DNA of 64,000 nt, from assembly GCF_009914755.1 (NCBI RefSeq), contig NC_060930.1. One strand, given 5' to 3'. The DNA comes from the human T2T-CHM13v2.0 reference genome, Homo sapiens. The notes below the pieces were generated by a model. That model saw only the letters and a list, made by a program, of their open reading frames with translations. It searched no databases and was not told the DNA's origin. Position 1 is the stretch's first letter; every line of letters starts with the position of its first letter. Made by a program: the position numbers and the translations under genes. This document shows, in pieces, positions 54,502 through 64,000 of this stretch.

Positions 54502-55792
54502 TGAGAGGTGACAGCATGCTGGCAGTCCTCAGAGCCCTCGCTTGCTCTCGGCACCTCCCCTGCCTGGGCTCCCACTTTGGTGGCATTTGAGGAGCCCTTC
54601 AGCCGCCCCCACTGCACTGTGGGAGCCCCTTTCTGGGCTGGCCAAGGCTGGAGCCCACTCCCTCAGCTTGCAGGGAGGTGTGGAGGGAGAGGCAAGAGCG
54701 GGAACCGGGGCTGCGTGCGGCGCTTGCGGGCCAGCTGGAGTTCCGGGTGGGCGTGGGCTTGGTGGGCCCCGCACTCGGAGCAGCCAGCCAGCCCTGCTAG
54801 CCCCGGGCAATGGGGGACTTAGCACCCGGGCCAGTGGCTGCAGAGGGTGTACTGAGTCCCCCAGCAGTGCCGGCCCACCGGCGCTGCGCTCGATTTCTCG
54901 CTGGGCCTTAGCTGCCTTCCTGCGGGGCAGGGCTCGGGACCTGCAGCCCGCCATGCCTGAGCCTCCCACCCACTCCATGGGCTCCTGTGCGGCCCGAGCC
55001 TCCCCGACGAGCACCACCCCCTGCTCCACGACGCCCAGTCCCATCGACCACCCAAGGGCTGAGGAGTGCAAGCACACGGCACAGGACTGGCAGGCAGCTC
55101 CACCTGCAGCCCCGGTGCGGGATCCACTAGGTGAAGCCAGCTGGGCTCCTGAGTCTGGTGGGGACGTGGAGAGTCTTTATATGTAGCTCAGGGATTGTAA
55201 ATACACCAATCAGCACCCTGTGTTTAGCTCAAGGTTTGTGAGTGCACCAATCCACACTGTATGTAGCTGCTCTGGCGGGGCCTTGGAGAACCTGTGTGTC
55301 CAAACTCTGTATCTAACTAATCTGACGGAGACGTGGAGAACCTTTGTATCTAGCTCAGGGATTGTAAACGCACCAATCAGCGCCCTGACAAAACAGGCCA
55401 CTCGGCTCTACCAATCAGCAGGATGTGGGTGGGGCCAGATAAGAGAATAAAAGCAGGCTGCCCGAGCCCTTGTTGGTAACCCTCTCGGGACCCTTTCTAC
55501 GCTGTGGAAGCTTTGTTGTTTCACTCTTTGCAATAAATGTTGCTACTGCTCATTCTTTGGGCCCACACTGCTTTTATGAGCTGTAACACTCACTGGGAAG
55601 ATCTGCAGTTTCACTCCTGAGCCAGCAAGACAACGAGCCCACCAGAAGGAAGAAACTCCGAACACATCTGAACATCGATCAGAAGGCACAGACTCCAGAC
55701 GTGCCACATTAAGAGCTGTAACACTCACCGTGAGGGTTTGTGGCTTTGTTCTTTAAGTCAGTGAGACCAAGAACCCACCAATTCCGGACACA
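54502..55792 (+). mobile_element. Solo LTR12-family (LTR12C-like, ERV9) element inserted in an antisense Alu
   Basis: Starts TGAGAGGTGACAGC, ends AATTCCGGACACA, 4-bp TSD GTAT (54498-54501, 55793-55796). Repeated CCAATC boxes, AATAAAA TATA-like element near 55447, AATAAA near 55533. Confidence 0.92.
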
Positions 55793-56406
55793 GTATGATC
55801 ATAGCTCACTGCAGCATCAACTTCCTGGGCTCAAGTGATCCTCCCACCTCAGCCTGCCACGTAGCTGAGACTACAAGTGCATGTCACCATGCCCAGCTAA
55901 GTTTTTTTATGTTTTGTAGAGATGGGGGTCGCTCACTATGTTGCCCAGGCTGGTCTTGAACTCAGGCTCAAGCAATCCTCCAGCCTTGGTTTCCCAAAGT
56001 GCTGGGATTACATGCATGGGTCACTGTGCCAGCCATGATCATCTCAATGGATGCAAAAAAATGCATTTGACAAATCAACACCCTTTTATGACTGAAAAAT
56101 CAGCACACCAGGAATAAGGATTTTAGCAAATGGTGTTGGAATAATTGGATATCTACATGGAAAAAAATCAATCCAGCTCTATACCTCACAACATATACAA
56201 CATTTATGATGTATGATTTCATTTATAGAAAACTCTAGAACATGCAAACTCATGTAATGGGACAGAAAGCAGATTAGTGTTTGCCCAGGGTTAGGGGGCC
56301 AAGGGCCAGGGGAGAGGGCACAAAGGGGCACAAAAAACTTTTGGCAGTGATGGATATGTACGTTATCTTGGTTGTAGTGATAGTTTCATAGGCGAACATG
56401 TCATGA

Positions 56407-62090
<5,684 letters not shown>

Positions 62091-64000
62091 CTTGTTACTT
62101 GATTGTCCCAACCCCACTTGCTAAAGATCCCTTCCTTTCCCTACTCAGGTGCATGGTTCCTCTGGCTCCTACCATATTCCCATGTATGTATGCACAGGTC
62201 TGTTTTTTGGTCCCCTGCTCACTTTTATTGTCTAATTGATTTCTATTTCTATCCAGCTATTCCATTTATCACATTTAGTTACTGTACCTTTATATTAAGT
62301 CTTGATACTGATTGAACATAGGATTTCCATTGTAGTCCTGTGTTTTCCCTGGCAGTTTCTTCAAATTGTCTTAGACATCCTTGGTGCTTTACCCTGTAGT
62401 TTTTAGATAAGTTTGTCTAGGTCCTTTAGAAAACAGCTTCCCTAAGCCTCCATTTCCTTTACCATGACCTATGCCTCACAGGCCTGCGAAGACTTAAGTG
62501 TAAAACAGTGACCACCACCTGGCCAGGAACACAAGAAACATTGAGTAGATAGTATCATCTTCCCCAAATGCCCAACCTGATGCAGTCACTGTTCTGTTAA
62601 AAACATTGTTGGCTTCCCAGGCATGCAGAGTAAAGTTCAAACACAGCCTGCTAAGCCACCTGACCCCAGCTAACCTTTCCTATGGCACCTCCTGCTTCTC
62701 CCTCCTCCCTGCCCACTATCCCTATCATGTTCCCTGAACACAGTGCTCTGCCCTCGAACATGCTGTCCCTTCACGCTGGGATCCCATGCATCCCTCATGG
62801 ATCCTCTCAGACGATGCCTCCTTTGAGGAGTTAAGACACTCCCTCGGGCTTCTTGTATTGCATGTATCGCTTTGCATTGTGATTACTTGTGTCTGTTGTG
62901 ACTTTGTGTCTTATTTAGTGAACTCAGCACAGGCCTTGGCATTTCCAAAGAGGTGCCACCATTTGATAATCACACACTGACTTTGGTGTCACACACACTC
63001 TTTCACTTATTTAACACACTAATCCTGCAAAGTAGACTTCTCCCCCACTGAACAGGAGGGAGCAGGGATGGTAATTTGTTCAAGATCAAAGAGCTTGTCA
63101 GCAGCGGAGCAGAGACCTGGGCTAATTCCCAACATTCGTATCTTCTATTACACCAGGCAGCCTTCGGATGAATGACTGTCCTTCTTCCCTTTTCTGAATT
63201 TCTTATCTCCGTCTCATCCTTCCATGGTCCTCCCACCCAAGCTCTCTCTGATATTGCTCCTTCCTACTTCACCCCCCACGTGGCTTACTTTTCCCAGGCT
63301 GTCACCTCTCCCATTTCATGCCATCTGTCACCCAAGCAGGTGCCTCTGTGAGGACTGTGTGTCCTAGGTTTAGCACACTGCTGGTATTCAGAACACAGAA
63401 CATGGAACCTCATGGCTACATCCTCAGATGCTGAGATGTTAGCTGGGTGTCACAAGATCAAGGACATAAATAAACCCTTCACAGCCTAAATCTGTTGGAA
63501 ACCAGAAAGCAAGCAAGGCCATAGCTTGTTAACACCAGGCTTTCTTGGAACAGTTATCAGGTGCCCAGAGATGGAAGCCACCCTGACTGGGGATGAGCAG
63601 TTACTTCACCAACTCAAACTGGCTTAGACGGTCAGTGCTACCACCTGGCATGTCAACAAAGGATGGAGGAAGTGCAGTGCTGCTCCCCGCAATGATATGA
63701 GCTGCAATGGTGTCCTTTGGGCTGATTTCCTCTCTCCACCCACGTCCGAAGTTTTGGGGCGTCTCTTTAGAGTTCTTTCTCTCTAGCCACAAGTCCTGCA
63801 GGCCATTGGAAGACTAGGCTGCAGAAAGGTAATCCTGAACTTTGCCATTTACCCTCATCATGTAGTAAATGTGATGATGGATCAGCTTTAGAATGGTCCA
63901 TAATGATCTGACATGGGCGAGTGGGAAGTTTCCAGAACACTCAAATCCCAATTAGAGGTGGCCAGTTGGTGGTTTCCAGAGTACATCACCTGTATCACCA

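Noticed and set aside
54529-55186. 182- and 214-aa ORFs
   Set aside because: Lie within the GC-rich U3 region of the LTR12 element.

Overview
Primate (almost certainly human, 6p21.31) genomic DNA. It holds the complete HMGA1 gene on + (two non-coding and four coding exons, 107-aa HMGA1a and 96-aa HMGA1b, intronic tailed mirtron MIR6835) and the complete SMIM29/C6orf1 gene on - (102-aa single-pass membrane protein), arranged tail-to-tail with poly(A) signals about 200 bp apart. There are processed pseudogenes of CYCS (nested inside one Alu and interrupted by another) and RPL35, three CpG islands, a solo LTR12-family element, an internally deleted THE1, L1/L2/MER33/MLT1 relics and a very dense, often nested Alu population. 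I found no prokaryote-type system. The most interesting signals are frame multiplexing in both genes. All three frames of the HMGA1 last exon are open and each is reachable by a plausible splice site, one of which swaps the acidic tail for an Arg-rich one. SMIM29 has chained uORFs and a longer +1-frame ORF. Also notable are an 18-bp pure-AT palindrome inside the HMGA1 CpG island, several template-switch repair scars and a serially re-used retrotransposon target site. Gene, miRNA and repeat-subfamily names come from recognition, not database searches.
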